62,759 bases of DNA, filler included, from Basidiobolus ranarum (GCA_040143965.1; 44 parts of 44 records of this genome joined end to end with filler, not necessarily neighbours in it), one strand, 5' to 3'. Counted from the first letter of the whole stretch, positions 14,057 to 24,340 are shown. The notes: generated by a model from the sequence alone, not told the origin. A program made the numbers and translations.

Positions 14057-14227
14057 GGACTTGTTCACTGTGATAGCGCCAGATTGTGCTGTATATATCA
14101 TATTGGATAAAGTATTCTAAAATTTATGCAGCAAAATTTGGCACTATCCAGCACCCTCTGGCATGATCAATTTCAATCACATTTACTCTAATATATTGAT
14201 CCAAGGTCCAATAAATCCTGGCACAAT
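14057..14227. mobile_element. 182-bp MITE family copy, cut by the contig end
   Basis: Starts GGACTTGTTC; colinear with 27903-28084. Confidence 0.85.
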
Positions 14228-14327
14228 NNNNNNNNNNNNNNNNNNNNNNNNNNNNNNNNNNNNNNNNNNNNTTAATTAATTAANNNNNNNNNNNNNNNNN
14301 NNNNNNNNNNNNNNNNNNNNNNNNNNN

Positions 14328-14438
14328 ACACAGCCAGATATTGCATATTCTGTGGGAGTTATGTGCCAATATCTTCAAAATTATGGATCTGATCAAATCA
14401 TAGCAGTTAAGTGGATTTTCAGATATTTGAAAGGTACT
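14328..14438 (+). pseudogene. Copia RT C-terminal fragment abutting the viral D5 gene
   Basis: QPDIAYSVGV...AVKWIFRYLKGT; same family as 10616-10725. Confidence 0.9.
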
Positions 14439-14439
14439 C

Positions 14440-15063
14440 GTATTATTCTTACAGGAACCCAATCCAGAAGAAAAAATAAAAGGAGGTATAGTAAAAGAAT
14501 TAACAGGGAACGATAGAATTTATGTCAGGAATTTGTTTAAGAGTCCTAGATCTATACAAGTTAAGGGTAAAATTGTCCTGGTTTGTAATAATATTTTATC
14601 GATTCCGGATATGGATTCAGCACTAAGGCAAAGAACAATAGTTATCCCATTTATTAGTACATTTGTTCGAGATAAACTTTGTTTACAAGATAATGTATAT
14701 CAAATGAACTCTAATGTTGAAACTATACTTGAAGAAAGTCAAGAAGCTTTTTTATATATACTAACCCAAGAATATGCAACATTTAAACAAAAAGGACTAG
14801 AAATACCTGAATTTATGAACAAAGTAACACAAGAGTATCTAGATGCTTACAATTATCTGTTAACATTCAAGAAAAAATATGTAATATATTCTGAAGGATC
14901 TATATATAATATACATGAGGCATACAAAATGCTTAAGGATTGATTTACAACAAATAATCCCTGTAGAAAGATACCAACTATGGAAGAATTTTCCAAGGTT
15001 CTCAATACAAATTCTAATGGACAATTAGTTGAATGCAGAGTAACATACCAGTTTGGAGGATAA
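14440..15063 (+). pseudogene. D5-like SF3 primase-helicase C-terminal half (NCLDV-like), one internal TGA at 14941
   Basis: Walker B LFLQEP, KELTGNDRIYVRNLF (B'), KIVLVCN (motif C), ALRQRTIVIPF (Arg-finger region); frame reads on through the TGA to TAA at 15061-15063. Confidence 0.88.
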
Positions 15064-15066
15064 TTT

Positions 15067-15354
15067 TTAAAAATTATATGTTTTTTTACATGATATACAA
15101 TAACACATCCATGTTGATCCCTTGTTGGCTGATCAAAGTTGAAATTCTCTAATTATAATAGTTGTTTTATCACAATATTTGCATGGTGTATTACTTTTTA
15201 TTTTATTTACATCTTTATCATCTGCGTATCTACCAAAAATGCTATTTATCATTGAATCGAGATTAAATTGGTCCCCAATCAATAGCTTGTCTAGTATTTG
15301 TACATTTCTATTGGAAATTATTTTTTTTAGGTAGGCTAACATATATTCATCCAT
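15067..15354 (-). pseudogene. Short TFIIS-like zinc-ribbon transcription elongation factor (about 95 aa, virus-like)
   Basis: Read through the TGA at 15133: PCKYC...REFQL*SANKGSTWMCYCISCKK, matching CxxC...QxRSADE(G/P)xT...CxxC. Confidence 0.85.
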
Positions 15355-15542
15355 GAATTGGAAAGATGATTAGCAAGAATTTTACAATGATAATTCTGAT
15401 CTAATAAAGACAGACTCAAAATTCTTTCCTTATCTGATGATATTTTTGTCCCTAGTCCATCAAAAGTGTTTAAAATATTTTGAATGGTATCTTTAACAGA
15501 AATCCAAGTAGTTGATGTTGGTCAATCTCCATATTCATCTAG
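15353..15542 (+). pseudogene. Uracil-DNA glycosylase N-terminal part, cut by a copia LTR
   Basis: Manual translation MNWKDD*QEFY.../...FVPSPSKVFKIF*MVSLTEIQVVDVGQSPYSS resembles family-1 UDG VF..F....VKVVIxGQDPY. Confidence 0.75.
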
Positions 15543-15658
15543 TGTCAAAATTAGCATTGCCTAAACACCTATATAGTCATATATAGCTTAGTACTTAGTT
15601 ATCTTATAATTCACTAAGATATTATCAATTATTCTGAATTGGAATTTACTTAGAATAT
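15543..15658 (+). mobile_element. Copia LTR family C inserted into the UDG gene
   Basis: TGTCAAAATTAGCATTGCCTAAACACC matches the LTR starts at 11254 and 47454. Confidence 0.92.
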
Positions 15659-15758
15659 NNNNNNNNNNNNNNNNNNNNNNNNNNNNNNNNNNNNNNNNNN
15701 NNTTAATTAATTAANNNNNNNNNNNNNNNNNNNNNNNNNNNNNNNNNNNNNNNNNNNN

Positions 15759-17089
15759 TAGCACCTCTTAGATCAAACTTTGTAAACACCTTGGCTGAAG
15801 CAATCTGATCCAAGAGTGAGTTGATTAATGGCAAGGGGTACCAATTTTTGACTGTAATGCTATTTAAACCTTGATAATCAACACAGAAATGGAGGGATCC
15901 ATCTTTTTTCTTAACAAATAAGATTGGAGAACCTGCTGGGGACTTTGAATGTTGGATGAATTCTTTCTCGAGAATTTCTGCAATGTACTCCTTCAGAATG
16001 TTGAGTTCTGGCTGGGTCAGCCCATATATGGGTCCAAATGGTAGTTGTTTTCCTTCCTGTAGATCTATAGGGCAATCATATGGGCAGTGAGCTGGGAGTA
16101 TATCAGATTTCTTCTTGTCAAAGACATCAGCAAAGGCTTGGTATTTGGGTGGGAGCTTGTGAACCATAGGTTTTGTTGGTTTCTGCTCATCAGCAATAAT
16201 GTCAGCAGATATTGGCTTCATAGATGTTTTTAGGAGTTGGGCTGGTGATGAGTTAGATACTTTGCAGGTTGGCAAATATGGACTAGGAGGCAGAGTTTGC
16301 TTGAATGTCATAATCTTCTTCTTCCAATTGATTACTGGATTGTGCTGCATGAGCCACAAGATACCAAGGATGACTGGGTGGTGAGGTGAAGAAATGATAT
16401 TAAAGGCTATTTCTTCTTGATGAGCAGTGGACATGAGTGTCAGAAAGGTTGTCTCATGTGTCACAGCACCTGATGATAGCAGCCTTCCATCAATTACTTC
16501 TACAAGGACTGGACTAGATTTCTTGATTGTTGGGATAGAGTGCAATTTTACAAAGGCAGAGTCAATAAAACAGGAGGAAGCACCTGAATCAAGAAGTGCA
16601 GTTGTTTTTATTGACTTGGAATTTGGAAGCAGGAGTGTAATGGGCAGCTTTAATGATTTGTATGACTGCAGAGATTGTGATGTATGGTGAAGATACATTT
16701 TTGAAGATGGTTTGCCCAACTGCATGCCCATTATTGCAGCTGGGCATTGAAGTTTTCCAAGGGTTGGGAAGAGTTCTCTGGTACTTGCATATTGTTGATC
16801 TTAAATCCATGATTCTTCTTTGGACAGGTTCTTGCTACATGTCCAGGAGCTCCACAATAGAGGCATAAATTCTCTTGTTGGCGTTGATATTTCTCCTCAG
16901 GGCTAAGCTTTCTGAAGCAAGTTCCATCAATTTGCATTGGGTCATCAGCTTGAGCTGTATTTTGTGTTTGATGGAAGGGGGGTCTGAAAGTAGATGATGA
17001 AGGAGAGAAGAAAGGAACCATATTTCTTTGTTGTTGTCTTTCAAACAACCAGTTGTCACATTTAACTGCCTGGTGGATAGCATCAGTCA
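15759..17089 (-). mobile_element. Ty3/gypsy gag end (CCHC knuckle), protease and start of RT
   Basis: CLYCGAPGHVARTC; ALLDSGAS; SPAGSPILFVKKKDGSLHFCVDY; FTKFDLRGA. Confidence 0.96.
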
Positions 17090-17189
17090 NNNNNNNNNNN
17101 NNNNNNNNNNNNNNNNNNNNNNNNNNNNNNNNNTTAATTAATTAANNNNNNNNNNNNNNNNNNNNNNNNNNNNNNNNNNNNNNNNNNNN

Positions 17190-18520
17190 GACGGTTCTCT
17201 GACGGTTTTGCTATTTCGGAGGGTGGATCCAATCCGGATCAAATCGATTTTATTTTTGTTAGGGTGTGCTTTGCAGTGTTTGGGTAGCTGTTTACTTGCC
17301 TTTAAGTATGGGGCTAATTTCAACACTTTTAAAAGTACTGGTTGAGGTTTGAGAGCCATGAGCTTTATTTGCTGGTGTTTTAGTTTGCTGAGAGATGCTA
17401 GGTGTTGGATAAACTTCCAACTGGTATTTTTGGTTGCATGGTAAAATGAAGCTTTTCAACAGTATATCTGCTGTAATTGCCAACTGAGGAAATACTAATA
17501 TATGTAATAGTGTGAAGAAATTGGTAAGTGGGACACCAGATCCAACATCCATGGGTTCCTTTGCTTTTCTCTAGGTTTACTAACTTCGTGGAACTTGATT
17601 ACAGCTTGAGCTGCTTTTCTTTCTTTTACCTTGCAAAAATAAGATTGATTTGATCCAGATTAGATCCACCCTTCTGGAGCACAAACCATCAGAGGACCAT
17701 CACAATATTGGTGGCTTGTATTCAGCCAGATATCTTGACAATGAGATGGCAGCTTCCTAACAGTATAAGGATGGTAACTGTACATGGTAAAATATTGATT
17801 GTCATATTTGGCAGGTATTATTTAATGTCCAACAATTTTTGGAAAACCAATTTTCAAATGGTAAATTAGTGGGCTTACCGCTATAGAAATTTGAATCAAT
17901 TTGCATGCCTTTATTTAGATATTTTAGGCTTTGTATTCCAGCCATAATGATAATCAAAAAATAAAAGAAGCTTGTGATGTTTAGTCTTTACATATGCACA
18001 TACATGACTGATAACACATAACTCCACAACATCAATCTGCTCTACCAGCAAACTAATGGTGGAAAAGTTCCTAAACATCTATAATTTAGAGTAGTACTGA
18101 CACTTGGTATATAGCTGACTCTTATTACAATTGACAATGCAAATAAGCTCTTGGCTTTTGGCAAATTTTCATAAAGAATTCAGCTAAAATATCCCCAACT
18201 TGCATTCAACAAATGTCCTGCCATAAGTAGATATCTCATTGCTTGAATAGATTACTTCATGGCTAAAACAATATTACTTTGTAACTCAATCTATCTCACC
18301 AAGAAGTCTGTCTTGCAGCTTTCCTGGAAATACCATCAGATTACCCTAACAGAAATTTGAGAATTGTTATTGTAGGAAAACCGTCACAATTTTAATCCAT
18401 TTGGGATTAACCGTTTACTTACCATCATAAAATTGTCAAGTTAGATTTGATTTTAATCAATTTTTTCAGTTTCAGGAGTGAAATTTCAAGATCTTGCAAA
18501 ATAGTTGCAAATGATTGGCT
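17190..18520. mobile_element. Mosaic of CMC termini A and B with ORF2 and transposase fragments
   Basis: Terminus A ends near 17263, a second starts near 17630; terminus B at about 18344. Confidence 0.8.
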
Positions 18521-18620
18521 NNNNNNNNNNNNNNNNNNNNNNNNNNNNNNNNNNNNNNNNNNNNTTAATTAATTAANNNNNNNNNNNNNNNNNNNNNNNN
18601 NNNNNNNNNNNNNNNNNNNN

Positions 18621-19502
18621 ACTCTGGAGTCTCCTTAACACATCACATTACATCCATCACTGATTTTGCTGATGCATTGTTAATCAGATTAGCATACAGT
18701 AATACTGACAATTTCACACTAGCCATCATTTCACCACAGGTGCTCTCCATTGGGAACTCCCAGAATGTATAGGAAGGGCCTATGATCTCTAAGCATTATC
18801 AAAGATGCAGCAGGGAATGTATTGAATACCAGCATGGATTCAGTCTATCTTCTTTAAACCTGTAATAAATTTCTCATATCCAATTACAAAATCTTTGCAT
18901 AGTTGCTGTGCCTGCCTGAGATCTGCCAATCTGAGTTGATGATGCAAGAATATATTAACAATATCCACAAACAACTCCCACTGTTGCCAATACTTATTAG
19001 CTGAAATCTTTTCAAGATTCCAGTTGAATATATACAAATCAAAAACTTCTAGTCTTTGTATTTGAATAAGTGCCTAGATGAGGGGATATTGATGGGAGTC
19101 CTGGTAAAATATGATGATATCTTGATGTTTTCAAGTATTTTCCCAATGTATTTAAACTGTGATCCTTTCTCAAATGGCTCATTCATATTGTACTTTCCAC
19201 TATATTGCTGAGTAAGTAGGATTGGAATGTTGTTGTAAAGTAAGTGCATAGTGCCTAATGAGAAGCTCTGGCTCCAGCTGATCCTCTTTAGCAATATATT
19301 CTCAGACTGACCATTTGGTGAATTGATGTCAGTGAGCATGTTAAAATTGGACTGGGCTCTTGTTTGTAAAATTATGGAGTTTGTGTTGTAGTTGGATAGT
19401 AGTAATGCATATAAATAATAGATTCAACTCCATTAGTTTGACAAAATCAACAGCAAGATAGAGCATTGTGGCTGGAGAAACCTCCAAGTTTAATGATGGC
19501 AG
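18621..19502 (-). pseudogene. CMC/EnSpm (Tnp2/Transposase_21-like) transposase fragment, interrupted by LTR B
   Basis: LGTMHLLYNN, WEFPME; homologous to 61437-62759. Confidence 0.85.
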
Positions 19503-19892
19503 TGTTGAAGTTTATTGTCTTTATCAATTTTGTTATCTCTATCTTTTTACAACTAACTATTTCATATATCACATATAAGTTAGTTAACATTAATTAGTCA
19601 AATATAACTTAGCTAAAAATTGGAACATATATTATATATATATGTGAATAATGTGCACATTAGTAATTCCATATTGGAAATTTCAAACCCATCCAAATTG
19701 CCCCAAAGATAGCTCATTTTACTCCCACAGATGTTCTGAACATAACCCCAGTGTTAATTTTCTGTATTTCCATCAAAATGTATAAATGCTATATTTCTGG
19801 ACAATAAATAATTATCTCACAAAGCTATTCACAACTCCACTTTTCTAAAGTTACTCCAAACAGCCAATATTTTCCCAATAGGTTATGAGCCC
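19503..19892 (+). mobile_element. Complete LTR family B (19503-19880) plus PBS GGTTATGAGCCC
   Basis: TGTTGAAGTTT...CCCAATA; the same LTR follows the PPT at 26891. Confidence 0.88.
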
Positions 19893-20050
19893 CATATTCT
19901 AACCTTTACAGCATAACAGAAACCACTACTACCACTTTTATTAACTCAAGNNNNNNNNNNNNNNNNNNNNNNNNNNNNNNNNNNNNNNNNNNNNTTAATT
20001 AATTAANNNNNNNNNNNNNNNNNNNNNNNNNNNNNNNNNNNNNNNNNNNN

Positions 20051-20612
20051 CCAATCAACTGTGATAAATGTGTAAGAAAACCATTAAAACCTGGTTCCTA
20101 AGATTGGATTGAACTCTCCACTCCTCAATAATCAAAGCTGCTGCCTTTACTGTAAGTGTTATGAGTGGACTAATCTTTGCCAATAACCAAGAGTCTGTAA
20201 CAAAACCATTGTCTTCTTCTTCAACTTCTGATATACAACCATTGGTACTGGAATAACCAAGGTCAATATCTAGCAGCAAGTCCTCAAAGTTGTCTGGACC
20301 TACTGGTTTGACCAAAGTTGCATTTTGACCTACATCATTCTGGTCATATAACTGTGGTAACTCCACAGTATCTTGACTTTTGGCAGTGTTACCAAAACTT
20401 TGAGGCAAACTACAGTCAGTGGACTCAATAGGCAAAACTAAAGTCAATTTAGTGCACTTATTACTGTTGTTATACACCAGGCTTTGTGCAGCTGGTGGCT
20501 TTGTACAGTGACCGTGCTTGTGATTATTTTTTCTATGAAGCCTCCGGCTTTCATAGCACAAGAATTTGCGACAATAATAGCAGGGCTTCTTTAAACGTTT
20601 GTGTTGCGGCAT
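20051..20612 (-). CDS. N-terminus of the CMC transposase (MPQHKRLKKPCYYC...)
   Basis: Its 3' end (RVQSNL..Q) overlaps the start of the Tnp2 fragment on contig 58589-59912. Confidence 0.75.
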
Positions 20613-20824
20613 GAGAAGGATATTGTAGAAAAAAGAACACCTCCCACGTAAGGGTGGTATTTTAGGTATAGCCCATCAATATCATCAGCTGATTCTGAGA
20701 CAGTGTCACAGATGAGTCATCAGGGGATTTACAAGATATTTCCGGTAATGGATGGCAATTTTGGTTTATTATAAGCTGTTTCTAAGCAATTTCATTACAC
20801 CAAGTTTACCATCTGAAAATTTCA

Positions 20825-21380
20825 ATGCCATTCAAAAAGCGTTCAAAATCTAAGTCAAAATCGGCTTCCAAGCCAAAGCCTGCTGGCCCAAAAGGAAAAA
20901 AACCAGCAAGAACAGCGGACTTAATTGATGAACAGTCTAGCGATCCACTATCCACTTTGGAAGGCATTAACATGCCGGAAACTAACTCAAGTAATGATGA
21001 AGCATTAATCAATTTACCAGATGTGTTCCTTTCCAGCAATAGTGCAAGTGAAGAGATTGTAATCCCTCAATTACGTAGTAAATCAATAGTTGAGCAAAGT
21101 TCAACCAAAACGCCGTCAAGACCATCTACTTTCAAAATGGCTACTTTGCCCACTATTGAACAACCCTCCGTAGAAAACTTGGACAGAATTACTACAATAA
21201 GGGAATTGCAGGCAGAACACCATAATGATTTGTATGCATTCATAAGTAAAAGATATGAAGTTGCTATACAGGCCATGACAAGCAATAATGCCGCAATATT
21301 GCAATTAATGCAGTGTTTGGAAGCAACTAGTCAACAGTTACAGAGTCACTCAACAATGATACAAGACCTTCAGAATGTGG
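20825..21380 (+). CDS. CMC element ORF2 N-terminus (basic, Ser-rich, coiled-coil-like), divergent from the transposase
   Basis: MPFKKRSKSKSK...; decayed copies at 23666-24118 (-) and 44595 (+). Confidence 0.75.
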
Positions 21381-21655
21381 NNNNNNNNNNNNNNNNNNNN
21401 NNNNNNNNNNNNNNNNNNNNNNNNTTAATTAATTAANNNNNNNNNNNNNNNNNNNNNNNNNNNNNNNNNNNNNNNNNNNNCTGTTGAAACGTATGAGTCA
21501 ATCGTATATTACCAATAAATATATACCAAGGATTGAATATTTCTCTATGAGTCAATGGCGCGTGATGAAACTCCGAACCATGATGATAAAGAAAATATTA
21601 CCCAGTCAGCTGAAAGCACCGGAAGAGTGTGTTCTGATATGTATATGCATATGCA

Positions 21656-21742
21656 AATACTAGAAAAGTTAATTGATGACCTCATACTAGAAAAGTTAAT
21701 TGATGACCTCATACTAGAAAAGTTAATTGATGAGCTCATACT
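21656..21742. repeat. 27-bp tandem repeat x3 (ATACTAGAAAAGTTAATTGATGACCTC)
   Basis: Direct inspection; gives ILEKLIDDL x3 in one frame. Confidence 0.9.
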
Positions 21743-22533
21743 ATCTGTATCCAGTCTCATATTTACCACGTTCCTATGCATAAAATTATAAATATTATGA
21801 GCCCTGATGAATTAATCTTTGAAGATCAGTGCAAGTTAGCTACAAGGAAATTGATCCAGTATTTGAAGACTAACTTAGAAGCCTCATTATTTACAAGCCA
21901 AATAGGTGAATATAGTTATGTAACACTATTGCTTTTATACATCAAGCATGATACTCAATTGGAATTCACTGACCACACAACACTTGGAAGCCAAATTAGG
22001 AGATAAAAGCCAATGGCAATCCGAACCAGAAGTTCATTGTGCTTGAAAGTCTTGAAAATCCTTTGTTCTATTTCCCCCCCCCCCACCATACCTTTGTAAG
22101 CTTCTGATGGAAAAATGTATGGCATAGTACTGTTTATCATCGGTACAATGGTGGATTTCATGGTAGTTCATTTGTATGGTTGAACTTTCCTTCTGGTAAG
22201 TATCCATATTGCATGCCTCCACTAACTATCAATCTCTGTCTAATTTTGAATATCATGATCCGCTAGTCCATTTCATTACTGTCTAGGTTATGCTTTACAA
22301 CAATTAGTAACAATACATATCCAGGAGATTACTATGACCATAGGCATTTGTTTGCTTGGCATTACTCTTAGTTTGGGAGTTATTGGTGAATACTGTATAT
22401 ATGCATTTTTTTCTATGCTAAAAATATCATTCTTGTAGAGAAGCTGTGTGGTTAGAAATAGCGTACATAATCTTGTACTGCTAATCATCATTTATCAATG
22501 TTAATGACACCCAAGAAAAGTTCTATAAAGAAA

Positions 22534-22606
22534 CAACCCTACCGGGGGTCGAACCCGGGACTTTCCGCTTAGGAGGCGGACGCTCTATCCACTGAGCTAC
22601 AGGGCC
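22534..22606 (-). tRNA. tRNA-Arg(CCT), intronless
   Basis: GGCCCTG TA GCTC AGTGGATA GAGC G TCCGC CTCCTAA GCGGA AAGTC CCGGG TTCGACC CCCGG TAGGGTT G, followed by a T-rich tract. Confidence 0.93.
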
Positions 22607-22910
22607 TTGATTGATAAAGATTAAGAAATTGTTATTCACCCTTAAGATAGCAGTCAGGATTCCAACGTGTGCAGAGGGAGTGAGGAATAAGGATGTTGGA
22701 AGCGAAAGATAAATCGTAAATAAATAGCTTAAGAACTTCAATTTATTCATATGTTAATACGTTGATATATATATAGGATATTTAAGTTCTGAGAATGTGT
22801 GTTCTCAGAANNNNNNNNNNNNNNNNNNNNNNNNNNNNNNNNNNNNNNNNNNNNTTAATTAATTAANNNNNNNNNNNNNNNNNNNNNNNNNNNNNNNNNN
22901 NNNNNNNNNN

Positions 22911-24240
22911 TTCCAACCAGTGTATCTGGTTCCATGGTGAAATTAAGCATTCTTGCCACTATAGCTCACTCAGGAAATGCCAATCTTCAGAATGGTGCAA
23001 AGAATTTGATAGGTGGGATGGTAGAGGCTATACTTACTGGCTCCTTTTCTTTTCCCTTGGGCTTACTAACTTCCTGCTCCCTGAGTACTTCTTTAGCTGC
23101 TTTTCTTTTGTTTCCATGTTGATAATTGCATACGTTTTTGAGATGTTGCATGAATAGGCCTATGTTAGCCCAGTTGCCATTTGCTTGCAAAAACTCAGGG
23201 TAATCCACATGAAATAAGTCAAGAACCTTAATGTAATGCCTGGTTCTTGGTTTTTCCACAATTGGCTCAAATCCAGGTAATTTTGGGCAGGATTCTGCAA
23301 AGCTTCCAAAATGTTGAGCCACTCATCAGCAGAGCAAGTGACAGCAGCTCTGACACTCAGTGTCTTTAGGTTTGCTGGTTTTCCTTCCAGAATTCTACTT
23401 TCATATGCCTGAGCAATTTTGGGTTGTTGTGTAGGCTTAATGGTCCAACATATATTCAGTTCTGCTAGATTGTCATGGTCATGTTCATATGTATGATGTG
23501 GGATTGATTGAAATCCCATATGAGAATTGACAGAGGGAGCAGCATGTTACTGTAACTCAAGTACGGCATTCTGAAGGTCTTGTATCATGGTTGAGTGACT
23601 ATCTACCTATTGACTAGTTGCTTCCAAATGCTGCATTAATTGCAATGTTGCAGCATAATTGCTTGTCATGACCTGTGTAGCAACTTTGTAGTGTTACTCA
23701 TGAATACATTCAAAACATTATGGTGTTCTGACTGTGATTCCCTTATTTTAATAATTTCATCCAAATTTTCTGTGGAGGGTTCTTCAATAGTGGGCAAAGT
23801 AGCCATTTTGGAAGTTGATGGTCTTGACAATGTTTTGGTTGAACTTTGCTCAACTATTGATTTACTACATAATTGGGGGATTACAAACTCTTCACTTGCA
23901 CTATTGCTGGAAAGCAACACATCAGGTAAATTGATTAATGATTCATCATTACTTGAGTTAGTTTCCAGCATGTTAATAACTTTGAAAGTGAATAGTGGAT
24001 TGCTAGACTGATCATCAATTAAGTCCTCTTTTCTTGCTGGTTTTTTTCCTTTTGTGGCAGCAGGGTTTGGCTTGGAAGCTAATTTTGATTTAGATTTTGA
24101 ATGCTTTAAGAGTGGCATTGAAATTTTCAGATGGTAAACTTGGTGTAATGAAATTGCTTAGAAACAGCTTAAAATAAGCCACAATTGCCATCCATTAGCA
24201 GAAATATCTTGTAAATCCCCTGATGACCCATCTGTGACAC
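22911..24240 (-). pseudogene. CMC ORF2, decayed copy, plus part of the intergenic promoter
   Basis: Reverse-complement homolog of about 20700-21380 that extends further 3'. Confidence 0.85.
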
Positions 24241-24340
24241 NNNNNNNNNNNNNNNNNNNNNNNNNNNNNNNNNNNNNNNNNNNNTTAATTAATTAANNNN
24301 NNNNNNNNNNNNNNNNNNNNNNNNNNNNNNNNNNNNNNNN

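Noticed and set aside
14440-15063. D5 as part of a bacterial prophage, Polinton or linear plasmid
   Set aside because: The adjacent TFIIS and UDG are not typical cargo of those elements; disfavoured but not formally excluded.
22523-22750. 75-aa ORF
   Set aside because: It overlaps the tRNA-Arg gene and is a spurious translation.
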